Below are positions 30,218 through 39,174 of a DNA stretch of 64,000 nucleotides, piece after piece. The notes under the pieces are model-generated. The model was not told the DNA's origin. It saw only the letters and a list, made by a program, of their open reading frames with translations, and made no database searches. The stretch comes from an uncultured delta proteobacterium (lineage in GTDB: Bacteria; Myxococcota_A; UBA9160; UBA4427), in the NCBI GenBank assembly GCA_963822965.1, contig CAWGJT010000006.1:904609-968608 (forward strand). The letters run 5' to 3'. A program made the position numbers and the translations under genes. Numbering within the stretch: the stretch's first letter is position 1; every line of letters starts with the position of its first letter.

Positions 30218-30783
30218 CGACCGGCGGGCAGGTCCACCCCCCCTCGTCGCAGCCCCTCAGGAGACAAGCTGCCGTGCCTTCGCTGCCTCCCCTGGAAATC
30301 CAGGCCCTCGTCAAGATCCTCGACGAGCTGGACTACTACCAGATCCTGCATCTGGAGGAGGAGGCGACGCAGAGCGAGATCAAGAGGGCCTACTTCGCCA
30401 CCTCGCGCACCTTCCATCCCGACGCCAATCGCCACCTGGACGGCGAGCTGCGCGACCACTGCATGCGCATCTCCAAGCGCGTGACGGAGGCCTACTGCGT
30501 GCTGCGCGACCCGAGGCGGCGCAAGGCCTACGACGCGCAGCGCGAGGAGGAGGCCGGAGCCATCCGCATGCAGCTCGCGGACGCCCGGGCCAGCCACGTG
30601 AAGAAGGACAGCGAGGAACGCCAGGGCCGCACGGCCCAGGGCCGCCAGTTCTACCAGAAGGCGGCCGCGGCGCTCCAGCGCGGCGACCGCCTGGGCGCCA
30701 TCAACAACCTCCAGATGGCGCTCACCTTCGAGCCCGACAACGCCTTCTTCAAGCAGCAGCTCGCGGTGGCGAAGGCCGGCTGA
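30214..30783 (+). CDS. J-domain protein with a C-terminal TPR-like motif
   Basis: DYYQILHL...IKRAY...FHPD...AYCVLRDP..RKAYD; ATGA overlap with Hsp70 (alternative GTG at 30274). Confidence 0.9.
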   Translation: MTTGGQVHPPSSQPLRRQAAVPSLPPLEIQALVKILDELDYYQILHLEEEATQSEIKRAYFATSRTFHPDANRHLDGELRDHCMRISKRVTEAYCVLRDPRRRKAYDAQREEEAGAIRMQLADARASHVKKDSEERQGRTAQGRQFYQKAAAALQRGDRLGAINNLQMALTFEPDNAFFKQQLAVAKAG

Positions 30784-30790
30784 GCCCCCG

Positions 30791-30820
30791 TTGACATCCG
30801 TGTAGGTAAGCTGGCATCCT
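30791..30820 (+). promoter_or_regulatory. Putative sigma70 promoter for DUF35-thiolase
   Basis: Perfect TTGACA (30791-30796), 18 nt, extended TGg-CATCCT (30815-30820). Confidence 0.55.
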
Positions 30821-30876
30821 GCCTGGGTTCCTCCCGGTCCCTCACCCCCCGAGAGGAATCGGGAGGTGCCTGCGAA

Positions 30877-31305
30877 ATGTCGGAAGAGAAAGCGGGACAG
30901 GCCCTGCGGCCGGTCGTCTCGTTCCTGAAGATTCCCGCCAGTGGGGATCCCTACCTCGAAGGCTCGAAGTGCAAGGCGTGCGGCGCCGTGTTCCTCGGCG
31001 AGCGTTCGATCTGCTCGAGCTGCACGGCGCGCGACAAGATGGAGACGGTGAAGCTCTCGAACCGCGGGGAGCTCTACGTCTACTCGATCGTCCACCGCTC
31101 CTTCCCCGGCATCGAGGTGCCCTACGTGTCGGCGGTGGTCGACCTCGAGGGCGGCGGAACGGTGAAGGGCAACCTGATCAACGTGGAGCCCGACCCCGAG
31201 AAGATCGAGATGGGCATGCCCGTCGAGGTCATCTACCGGACGGCGCCGCGCAAGGACGCCGAGGGCAACGAGTACCTGACCTACTATTTTCAGCCGCGTG
31301 CCTGA
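30877..31305 (+). CDS. Zn-ribbon OB-fold (DUF35/ChsH2-like) protein
   Basis: CKAC...CSSC, GELYVYSIVH, VPYVSAVVDLEGG, GMPVEV; upstream of a thiolase. Confidence 0.9.
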   Translation: MSEEKAGQALRPVVSFLKIPASGDPYLEGSKCKACGAVFLGERSICSSCTARDKMETVKLSNRGELYVYSIVHRSFPGIEVPYVSAVVDLEGGGTVKGNLINVEPDPEKIEMGMPVEVIYRTAPRKDAEGNEYLTYYFQPRA

Positions 31306-31501
31306 CGCCACGCGGCAGCTGAGGGCTCCTTTCAGCCGCGTGACTCACGCTACGCGGCAGCTGAGGGCTCCTTTTTCAGCCGCGTGCCTGACGCCACGCG
31401 GCAGCTGAGGGCTCCTTTCAGCCGCGTGACTCACGCTACGCGGCAGCTGAGGGCTCCTTTTTCAGCCGCGTGCCTGACGCTACGCGGCAGCTGAGGGCTC
31501 C
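31287..31501. repeat. Palindromic tandem array, five copies of 42-44 bp (REP/BIME-like)
   Basis: Units TTT(TT)CAGCCGCGTG-[C/A]CT[G/C]ACGC-[C/T]ACGCGGCAGCTGAGGGCTCC with CAG at 31291, 31333, 31377, 31419 and 31463. Confidence 0.95.
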
Positions 31502-31608
31502 AAATGCGCGGCTGAAGGCTCGCTCCAGCCGCGCAGCCGGAGACTCTTTCCAACACGAAGCTCGGAGCTTCCTCGTCCAACCGGGGACCGGGCTCGAGGA
31601 GATCCAGA

Positions 31609-32751
31609 ATGGGTAACGACGTCTATATCGTCGGTGTCGACATGATCAAGTTCGGGCGCTTCCCGGAAACGACCGTCCCGCGCCTCGGCGCCCAGGCGGC
31701 CATGATGGCCCTGGACGACGCCGGGCTGGCGATGAAGGACATGGAGGCCCTCTACAGCGGCAACCTCGGTCAGGCGGCCGCCATGGTCGGGCAGCGGATC
31801 CTGGCGGAGATCGGCCAGACCGGCATTCCCGTCGTCAACTGTGCGAACGCCTGCGCGACCGGCGCCACCGCCTTCCGCGAGGGCTGGATGGCCATCAAGG
31901 CGGGCATCTACGACACGGTCCTCTGCGTGGGCAGCGAGCAGATGGGCCGGGGCCTGCTGGGCGGCGGCGGCGGCGGAAAGGGCATCCCGACCGAGGGCCT
32001 GCTGGGCTCGGGCACGATGCCCAGCGTGTTCGCCGAGGCGGGCATGGAGCACACCCGCAAGTACGGCACCACCTTCGAGCAATTCGCGAAGGTGTCCGTC
32101 AAGAACCACCACCACTCCACCATGAATCCGAAGGCGATGTACCAGATCGAGACGCCTCTCGAGACGGTGATGAACGCCGAGATGATCTCGTACCCGAACA
32201 CCAAGCTGATGTGCTCGGTGAACGTGGACGGGTCGGCGGCGGCCGTGCTCGTCTCCGAGCGCAAGCTGAAGCAGATCGGCAGCAAGCGCGCGGTGAAGGT
32301 GCTGGCCTCGGTGCTGACGAGCGATCCCTACCAGGAGCGAAACCTCTCGATGCCGGACGTCAACACCTGCACCCAGCAGGCGGCGGCCAAGGCGTACGAG
32401 ATGGCGGGGCTCGGCGCGGACGACATCGATCTGGTGGAGCTGCACGACTGCTTCGCGACCGCGGAGATCCTGCACTACGGGAATCTCGGACTGGGCAAGC
32501 CCGAGGATGCGGGCCGCATGATCGACGAGGGTGAGACCGCACTGGGCGGCCGCATCCCGGTGAACGTCTCGGGCGGCCTGCTCTCGAAGGGGCACCCGCT
32601 GGGAGCCACGGGCATCGCGAACATCTACGAAGTGAGCACGCACCTGCGCGGCGAGGCGGGCAAGCGGCAGGTCGAGGGGGCACGTCACGGCCTGACCCAC
32701 GTGATCGGCCTCGGAAGCGCCTGCGCGATCCACATTCTCGAGAAGGTCTGA
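31609..32751 (+). CDS. Thiolase family protein (SCP2/nsL-TP type)
   Basis: NCANACATG, ELHDCF, KGHPLGATG, HVIGLG. Confidence 0.93.
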   Translation: MGNDVYIVGVDMIKFGRFPETTVPRLGAQAAMMALDDAGLAMKDMEALYSGNLGQAAAMVGQRILAEIGQTGIPVVNCANACATGATAFREGWMAIKAGIYDTVLCVGSEQMGRGLLGGGGGGKGIPTEGLLGSGTMPSVFAEAGMEHTRKYGTTFEQFAKVSVKNHHHSTMNPKAMYQIETPLETVMNAEMISYPNTKLMCSVNVDGSAAAVLVSERKLKQIGSKRAVKVLASVLTSDPYQERNLSMPDVNTCTQQAAAKAYEMAGLGADDIDLVELHDCFATAEILHYGNLGLGKPEDAGRMIDEGETALGGRIPVNVSGGLLSKGHPLGATGIANIYEVSTHLRGEAGKRQVEGARHGLTHVIGLGSACAIHILEKV

Positions 32752-32762
32752 CCTGCGCCACG

Positions 32763-32826
32763 GCTGAGGGTCTTCCGCTGGCCGAAGGCTCTCCTGCCGC
32801 TGAAGGCTCTCCTCCGCTGAAGGAGA
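32763..32826. repeat. Degenerate 17-18-bp tandem repeat, four copies, downstream of the thiolase
   Basis: GCYGARGG cores at 32763, 32781, 32799 and 32816; the middle two continue CTCTCCT. Confidence 0.7.
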
Positions 32827-32920
32827 ACGGTGTTCGAGGCGCCGTCGCGCGGGTGCGCGGCGGCGCCTCTGCGTTCCGGGCTCGCTTGCCCGGACGCCGT
32901 GCCCCGGTATCCTGCCGCGC

Positions 32921-34981
32921 GTGCAGAGGCTCCGCCCCAGCCCCTCGGTCGCGACGGTCCGCCGTCGAACCACGGCCGTCGCCGTCGCGCTCGCGTGGGC
33001 GTTCCTCGCCGCCCCGCCGTCCGTTGCAGCGACCCGGTCCCCGAACGAGCGTCCCCTGCCCGCCTTCGACGGCGTCACCCTCCAGGGCGAGCCCCTGTCC
33101 ATCTCGAGCTACATCGGCAAACGACTCGTGCTCTTCTTCTTCAAGCCGGAGGCGCCCGAGGCCGTGCCGGCCGCGGAAGCCGTGCAGGCCATCGCACCGC
33201 TGCGCAGCAGCCACAACTTCGAGATCGTCGGGGTGGCGATCGGCTCGACCCGCGCCCAGGCGCGCGCCTTCCGGGACCAGCACCACCTCGCGTTTCCGAT
33301 CCTCGACGACTCCACGGCACGCATCACGCGCAGCCTCGGGCTCCAGAACCCGGTGATGATCGTGGCCGCGGACGCCGAGGGCTACATGAGCTTCGGCACG
33401 TCCTACTTCAACGCGAAGCAGGCGGGCGAGGCGGCGCGGGTGGAGGACGACCTGCGCGAAGCCCTGCGACTGCCCGAACGCCAGGCCGACCAGCTCGGCT
33501 TCGGCGAGCGCCCGCGCGCCCCCTTGTTCGAGGCGCCGCGCCTCGAGGGCGGCAAGCCCTTCCGGCTCGAGGACCAGGCGGGCCGGCCGGTCGTCCTGAT
33601 CTTCTTCCTGCACACCTGTCCCCACTGCCACGCCGCGCTCGACTCCCTGCTTCCCCTGATCGCGAAGATTCCCGAGGCCCACCGACCGCTGCTCGTCGCC
33701 GTGTCGATCGTGGACGATCCGGCCGCCGTGCGCGCGATGCTCCAGGAACGTCATCTCGACATCCCGGTCGTCCTGCTCGATCCGGGTCGCGAGCTGCAGC
33801 AGCTCTACGGGCTGCGCGGCGGCGTGCCGGACATCTTCTTCCTCGACGGCAATCGGCGCATCGTCCGCCACGTGCAGGGCTGGCGCGAGAACCGCGACCC
33901 GGCGCTCGCCCGCATGACCATCGCGAAGATCTCGGGAGAGAAGATCCCCTTCCTGCTCAATCCCAAGGGCTACACGGGCAGCGACGTCTGCGGCGTCTGC
34001 CACGAGCTGGAGCTCGAGAGCTGGCAGTACACCCAGCACGCCGAGGCCTTCGACACCCTGGTGACCCACGGCGCCGAGCGCAATCCCGAGTGCGTCGGAT
34101 GCCACGTGGTGGGCTTCGACCAGCCGGGGGGCTACACGATCGCCGACGCCCCCAGCCACCTCGAGGACGTCAGCTGCGAGAGCTGCCACGGGCGCGGCGG
34201 CCCGCACCTGTCGAAGGACTTCGTGAAGGACGGCAACTACGAGCCCATCTGCAAGACCTGCCACGACCCGACCCATTCGCTCGGCTTCGACTACAAGAGC
34301 TTCCGCAAGAACATCTCCCACCTGCAGATCGCCGCGATGACGCCCGCCGAACGCAGCGCGCTCGGCGGATCGCGGCCCGCCCCGCTGATGCCGACCGGTG
34401 CGGCCTACGTCGGCAGCGAAGCGTGCAAGAGCTGCCACCCGAGCGAGTACGCGACGTGGGCGTCGAGCCCGCACGGACATGCCCTCGCCTCTCTCGAGTC
34501 GAAGGGAAAGAGCGAGGACGCCGCCTGCCTCGCCTGCCACACCACGGCCTACGGCCTGCCCGGCGGCTTCCCCAAGGCCGCCAGCCCGGCCCGGCATCCC
34601 GACCTCGCGCGGGTCGGGTGCGAGAGCTGCCACGGTCCCGGAGAGGCCCACATCGCGCCGAAGGCAAAGAAGATCGGCACCATCATCAGCCTCGGGGACA
34701 AGTGCGACTCCTGCGTGATCCTGCAGATCTGCGGCGGCTGCCACGACGAGGCCAACGACCCGGGCTTCGCCTTCGAGGTGGTCGAGAAGATCGAGCGCCA
34801 GCGTCACGGCACCATCGAGCCGGGCACCGGACGACCGCTGGGCGAGAAGAAGGGCGGAAGCGAGCCGGCCGGCACGCACGAGGGCGCCTCCCGCGGCGAC
34901 ACGCTGCCCGGCGCCGGCGACCTCGCCCTGGCGAGCGACGCACACCTGGCGGGCCGCGTGCTTCGCGCGATCGGGGAGTGA
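32921..34981 (+). CDS. Secreted protein: two thioredoxin-like (redoxin) domains plus octaheme cytochrome c (two c554-like units)
   Basis: Signal peptide; GKRLVLFFF and GRPVVLIFFLHTCPHCH redoxin domains; CGVCH, CVGCH, CESCH, CKTCH, CKSCH, CLACH, CESCH, CGGCH. Confidence 0.88.
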   Translation: MQRLRPSPSVATVRRRTTAVAVALAWAFLAAPPSVAATRSPNERPLPAFDGVTLQGEPLSISSYIGKRLVLFFFKPEAPEAVPAAEAVQAIAPLRSSHNFEIVGVAIGSTRAQARAFRDQHHLAFPILDDSTARITRSLGLQNPVMIVAADAEGYMSFGTSYFNAKQAGEAARVEDDLREALRLPERQADQLGFGERPRAPLFEAPRLEGGKPFRLEDQAGRPVVLIFFLHTCPHCHAALDSLLPLIAKIPEAHRPLLVAVSIVDDPAAVRAMLQERHLDIPVVLLDPGRELQQLYGLRGGVPDIFFLDGNRRIVRHVQGWRENRDPALARMTIAKISGEKIPFLLNPKGYTGSDVCGVCHELELESWQYTQHAEAFDTLVTHGAERNPECVGCHVVGFDQPGGYTIADAPSHLEDVSCESCHGRGGPHLSKDFVKDGNYEPICKTCHDPTHSLGFDYKSFRKNISHLQIAAMTPAERSALGGSRPAPLMPTGAAYVGSEACKSCHPSEYATWASSPHGHALASLESKGKSEDAACLACHTTAYGLPGGFPKAASPARHPDLARVGCESCHGPGEAHIAPKAKKIGTIISLGDKCDSCVILQICGGCHDEANDPGFAFEVVEKIERQRHGTIEPGTGRPLGEKKGGSEPAGTHEGASRGDTLPGAGDLALASDAHLAGRVLRAIGE

Positions 34982-35772
34982 AGGTGGCCGCTGCCAACGT
35001 CACCGTCCGGGATTCGGACGACGGCGTCCGGACGCTCACCATCGACCGCGAGTCCCGGCGGAACGCCCTCGACCGGGCCACCTGCGCCGAGCTGACGGAG
35101 GCGTTCCGGGGGGCCGGCGACGATGCCCGGGTACGCGCCCTCGTCCTGCGGGGTGCCGGCGATCGCGCCTTCTGCGCCGGTGCGGACCTGAAGGAGATGC
35201 TGGGACACGAGAGCATCGACGAGAGCCGTGAGCACTTCGACGGCGTGCGCCTCGTGATCGAGGCGATGCACGCGGTCCCGCAGCCGGTGATCGCACGCGT
35301 CTCGGGCTTCGCGCTGGCCGGCGGCTGCGGGCTGGCCGTCGCCGCGGACTTCACGATCGCGGCAGAGAGCGCGGTCTTCGGGCTGCCGGAGATCTCGCTC
35401 GCGCTTCTGCCGCTGGTGGTCTCCGCACCGCTCTACCGCGCGCTGGGGAGCCGCAAGGTACTGCTCGACCTGGTCCTGACGGGCCGGCGCGTGAAGGCCG
35501 ACGAGGCCCGCGCGCTCGGCCTCGCCACCCGGGTCGTTCCGGACGAGCGTCTCGACGGCGAGATCGGCGAGCTCTGCGACGTCCTGTGCAGCCTGTCGCC
35601 CACCGCGCTGCGGATGGGCAAGGAGGCCGTCTACGACCTGTGCGAGATGGAGTACCACGCGGCCATGAAGTACCTGCGCGAGATGATCACCCTGACCTCG
35701 CGGACGGAAGACGCCAGCGAGGGCATCCGAGCGTTCTTCGAGAAGCGGGAGCCCCGGTGGATCGGTCGCTAG
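34978..35772 (+). CDS. Enoyl-CoA hydratase/isomerase family protein
   Basis: RRNAL, AFCAGADL, FALAGGCGL, FGLPEI, EGIRAFFEKREP; GTGA overlap. Confidence 0.92.
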   Translation: MKVAAANVTVRDSDDGVRTLTIDRESRRNALDRATCAELTEAFRGAGDDARVRALVLRGAGDRAFCAGADLKEMLGHESIDESREHFDGVRLVIEAMHAVPQPVIARVSGFALAGGCGLAVAADFTIAAESAVFGLPEISLALLPLVVSAPLYRALGSRKVLLDLVLTGRRVKADEARALGLATRVVPDERLDGEIGELCDVLCSLSPTALRMGKEAVYDLCEMEYHAAMKYLREMITLTSRTEDASEGIRAFFEKREPRWIGR

Positions 35773-36554
35773 CGGACGACGCCCACGCAATCCTCGCGGA
35801 CGCCCGGGAGACCCTGGCGGAGTGGATCGAGGAGGGTGTCGACGGTTGGGAGGACACCCGGGAGCCCCCCGTTGCGGCGGCCCCGGAAGCTCCGGCGCGC
35901 ACCCGGGACGCGGGGTTCCGCCTCACCCCGACCGCATCGACCCCCACGGCCCCGGCCGAGGGGGGGACGAGCGCGCCGCCCTGGGGCGACGCGCCGACCC
36001 TCGAAGCGGTGCGCGAGGTCCTCGGCGACTGCCGGCGCTGCGGCCTCTGCGAGGGGCGGCAGCGGATCGTGTTCGGAGACGGCGCCGCCGACGCCGACCT
36101 GATGTTCGTCGGCGAGGGTCCGGGCGAGCAGGAGGACCGGCAGGGCCTGCCCTTCGTGGGTCGCGCCGGCGAGCTGCTCACGCAGATGATCGAGAAGGGC
36201 CTCGGGATCCCCCGCCGCTCGGTCTACATCTGCAACATCGTGAAGTGCCGGCCGCCCGGAAACCGCACGCCCCTGCCTCCGGAGGTGAACGCCTGCCACC
36301 CCTTCCTGGACGGCCAGATCGACGCCGTGCGGCCGCGGGTGATCGTGGCCCTCGGCAAGCCCGCCGCCAGCCTGCTGCTCGGGCGAGACGTCGCCATCAC
36401 CCGCGTCCGCGGCACCTGGCAGGAATACCGGGGCATCCCGCTCATGCCGACCCTGCACCCGGCCTACGTGCTGCGCCAGTACACCGCGGAGAACCGGCGC
36501 AACGTCTGGGAGGATCTCAAGAAGGCCCTGGCCCGATCCCGCGGCGAGGGCTGA
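35757..36554 (+). CDS. Uracil-DNA glycosylase family 4
   Basis: CRRCGLC, VGEGPG, PFVGRAG, NIVKCRPPGNRTP, TLHPAYVLR; GTG at 35757 after GGGAG. Confidence 0.93.
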   Translation: MDRSLADDAHAILADARETLAEWIEEGVDGWEDTREPPVAAAPEAPARTRDAGFRLTPTASTPTAPAEGGTSAPPWGDAPTLEAVREVLGDCRRCGLCEGRQRIVFGDGAADADLMFVGEGPGEQEDRQGLPFVGRAGELLTQMIEKGLGIPRRSVYICNIVKCRPPGNRTPLPPEVNACHPFLDGQIDAVRPRVIVALGKPAASLLLGRDVAITRVRGTWQEYRGIPLMPTLHPAYVLRQYTAENRRNVWEDLKKALARSRGEG

Positions 36555-36562
36555 CCCCGGCG

Positions 36563-37489
36563 CTACTCGGGCGCGTCGCCCCCAGCCGGCGTCGCCGACC
36601 CCGCCCCCCCGGAGAGCGCGGCATCGAGGCGCTCGACGGTCAGCTCCCCGCGCCTCGCCGCGAGCCGCTCGTCGAGAAGCTCACGGCCGCGGACCACGCG
36701 CAGCTCGCGGGTCAGCTGGTCGCGGACCTCGTCGAAGTCCCTGCGCACGCCGCGCTTCCGGCTGACGAGCTGCACGAGGTTCCAGCGCCCTTCCCGGTCC
36801 CGGAACGGCTCGCTCACCTCGCCGTCCTGGACGAGGCGATGGGCGGCACCGACGATGGTGCTCGGAATCCGGCGCTGGTCCAGCCACCCGAGATCCCCAC
36901 CCCGCTCGCGCAGCGCAGGGTCGAGGTTCGCCTGCCGGGCGAGGGCCTCGAAGGGCGTCCCCTCGTCGATCTGCTTGCGGATTCGGAGGATCGTCTCGCG
37001 CTCGGGAACGGTGATCTGGCGCAGTTGGAGCCGGGTGACGAGGAAGCGATCGCGCTCCGCCTCGTAGCGCGCCCGCAGCTCCTCGTCGGAGAACACGAGA
37101 TCCCGCTCCAGCGCCTCGAGCAGGGTCTTGCGGGCGAGCTGCTGCTCGGCCGAGCGAGCCCGCGCCTGGATCCCGGTCAGCCGCTTCTGGTACTCCGGCG
37201 ACGCGTCGAGGCCTCGTTCGGACAGCTCGTCCTGGAGCACCCTGCCGGCGATCCAGTCCTGGAGCGCGGCCTCCAGGTCCGGCCGGCGCTCGGCCCCACC
37301 GGGCCGGCGGGCGTCGCGATACGCGGCGAGCAGCTCGAGCTCGGCGCGGCTGACGTCGCGGCCACCCACCCGGGCCGCCGCCGGCGAGGTCCCTCCCCCG
37401 CCGAGTCGGTCGCCGAGCGAACAGCCGGCGACGAGCGCGAAGGCCACGAAGCCGGCGGTCAAGCCCGTGCGGACGAGCGGCCGGGCCAC
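36563..37489 (-). CDS. Parvulin-type peptidyl-prolyl isomerase lipoprotein
   Basis: Lipobox LVAGC; LRQITV, FEALARQ, RGGDLGW, GEVSEPF. Confidence 0.85.
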   Translation of the reverse strand: MARPLVRTGLTAGFVAFALVAGCSLGDRLGGGGTSPAAARVGGRDVSRAELELLAAYRDARRPGGAERRPDLEAALQDWIAGRVLQDELSERGLDASPEYQKRLTGIQARARSAEQQLARKTLLEALERDLVFSDEELRARYEAERDRFLVTRLQLRQITVPERETILRIRKQIDEGTPFEALARQANLDPALRERGGDLGWLDQRRIPSTIVGAAHRLVQDGEVSEPFRDREGRWNLVQLVSRKRGVRRDFDEVRDQLTRELRVVRGRELLDERLAARRGELTVERLDAALSGGAGSATPAGGDAPE

Positions 37490-38019
37490 TAGTCGAAGGG
37501 AGTCTCGGGAACGTCGGCGGTCTGCTTGGCACGCAGCTCGTCGAGCTTCTTGCGGACCTGCGGATCGCGCCCGGCCAGGATCGCGCCGGCGAACAGCCCC
37601 GCATTGCGGGCCCCTGCCTTGCCGATGCCGAAGGTCGCGACCGGAATGCCGCCCGGCATCTGGACCGTCGCGAGGAGCGAATCGAGCCCGTCGAGGGCCG
37701 AGCCGTCCAGAGGCACGCCCAGCACCGGCAGCGGCGTCAGCGCCGCAGTCACCCCCGCCAGGTGCGCAGCGAAGCCGGCCCCGCAGATGAAGATCTCGAT
37801 GCCGCGTCCGGCCGCGGCCTGCACGTAGCTGGCGTGCCGCTCCGGGGTGCGGTGGGCAGAGATGACGCGCACGTCGCAGACGACGCCGAGATCGTCCAGG
37901 GCGTCCACCGCCGCCTTCATCTGCTTCCAGTCGTTCTTGCTGCCCATCAGAACCGCGACGCGGGCGTCCGCGGGCTCATCCGGCGGCCGCTTCCCGGAAT
38001 CGTCGGATTGCGCCCCCAC
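37489..38019 (-). CDS. purE: N5-CAIR mutase
   Basis: VLMGSKND, ISAHRTP, AAHLAGV, PVLGVP, QMPGGIPVAT; GTG at 38019 after GGAGG. Confidence 0.96.
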   Translation of the reverse strand: MGAQSDDSGKRPPDEPADARVAVLMGSKNDWKQMKAAVDALDDLGVVCDVRVISAHRTPERHASYVQAAAGRGIEIFICGAGFAAHLAGVTAALTPLPVLGVPLDGSALDGLDSLLATVQMPGGIPVATFGIGKAGARNAGLFAGAILAGRDPQVRKKLDELRAKQTADVPETPFD

Positions 38020-38211
38020 CCTCTTCCTCCTCTTCGCCCTCTTCGCCCTCTTTGCGCGCTTCGCGCTCTCGAAGGCTTCCTCCGCCCTGGCGTGCCCGTC
38101 CTCGCCGCGCAGCCGGAGCCTTGATACCAAAGCCGGCACGCGGCGGGTAGCACCCGCCGGCCGGGAACGCCCGATGGCCCCACCGCGACCGATGGGATAT
38201 CCCTCGTCCGC

Positions 38212-39075
38212 ATGACGACGCGCGCGCGCCGCATCTCGCCCGCGACGGCCCTGTGCGGGGTGATCCTGCACCCAGCGGGACACACCCTCTCGCCGGCGAT
38301 GCACAACGCCGCCTTCGCGGCCCTGGGCATCGACGCCGTCTACCTCGCCTTCGACGTACCTCCCGCGTCCCTCGCGGACGCCATGCGGGGCATGCGCGCC
38401 CTGGGCGTGCGGCAGCTCTCCGTCTCCATTCCGCACAAGCAGGCGGTGATGGCCTGCCTGGACGCGGTGGACGAGACTGCCCGGCGGATCGGCGCCGTCA
38501 ACACCGTCACCCGGGAGGGCGATCGGCTGGTGGGCAGCAACAGCGACTGGCAGGGCGTCGTCGAGACCCTCGAGCACGAGGGCGGCTGCAGGCTGGCGGG
38601 GTGCCGGGCGGTGGTGCTGGGAGCCGGCGGCGCGGCGCGGGCCGCCACCTTCGGCCTGCTCGAGCGAGGCGCCCTGGTGACGGTGCTCAACCGCACCGAG
38701 GCCCGAGCCGCGGAGCTCGCCGGCGCCCTGGGCGCCCAGAACGCCGGCGGCCTGGACGATCTCGCCGGCAGCGACTACGACGTGCTCGTGAACACGACGA
38801 GCGTGGGGCTGCGAGAGGACGCGTCGCCGGTGGGGGCCGACGCCCTGCGGCGGGGGACCGTCGTGCTCGACGCCGTCTACGACCCGATCGAGACGACGCT
38901 GCTGCGCCATGCGCGCCAGCAGGGCGCGAAGACATTGTCCGGAAAGTGGTGGCTCGTTCGACAGGCCGGCGCGCAGCTCGAGCGCTGGACCCAGCGCGAA
39001 GCGCCGGTGGCGGTGATGGCCCGGGCGTTCGACGAGGCAGGCCAGGTGGAGCCGGCCCCGCCCGAAGGCAGCTAG
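38212..39075 (+). CDS. aroE: Shikimate dehydrogenase
   Basis: HTLSPAMHNAAF, VSIPHK, IGAVNT, NSD, LGAGGAARA, NRT. Confidence 0.93.
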   Translation: MTTRARRISPATALCGVILHPAGHTLSPAMHNAAFAALGIDAVYLAFDVPPASLADAMRGMRALGVRQLSVSIPHKQAVMACLDAVDETARRIGAVNTVTREGDRLVGSNSDWQGVVETLEHEGGCRLAGCRAVVLGAGGAARAATFGLLERGALVTVLNRTEARAAELAGALGAQNAGGLDDLAGSDYDVLVNTTSVGLREDASPVGADALRRGTVVLDAVYDPIETTLLRHARQQGAKTLSGKWWLVRQAGAQLERWTQREAPVAVMARAFDEAGQVEPAPPEGS

Positions 39076-39077
39076 AG

Positions 39078-39142
39078 CCGCGAGGCTGAAGCTACGAGAG
39101 GCCCGCGAGGCTGAAGCTACGAGAGGCCCGCGAGGCCGAAGC
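39078..39142. repeat. 25-bp tandem repeat, about 2.6 copies
   Basis: CCGCGAGGCTGAAGCTACGAGAGGC at 39078 and 39103, partial at 39128; between convergent aroE and ferredoxin. Confidence 0.85.
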
Positions 39143-39174
39143 CGCCCGGGGCGGGATCGGGCTACCCGGCGCGC

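Noticed and set aside
31287..31501. CRISPR array
   Set aside because: Units are contiguous with no unique spacers, and there are no cas genes in the window.
38021..38070. Lys/Arg-rich KRAKRAKRAKRRKR peptide upstream of purE
   Set aside because: It arises from a 9-bp CTCTTCGCC microrepeat in the leader, upstream of the RBS-supported GTG; no evidence of translation.
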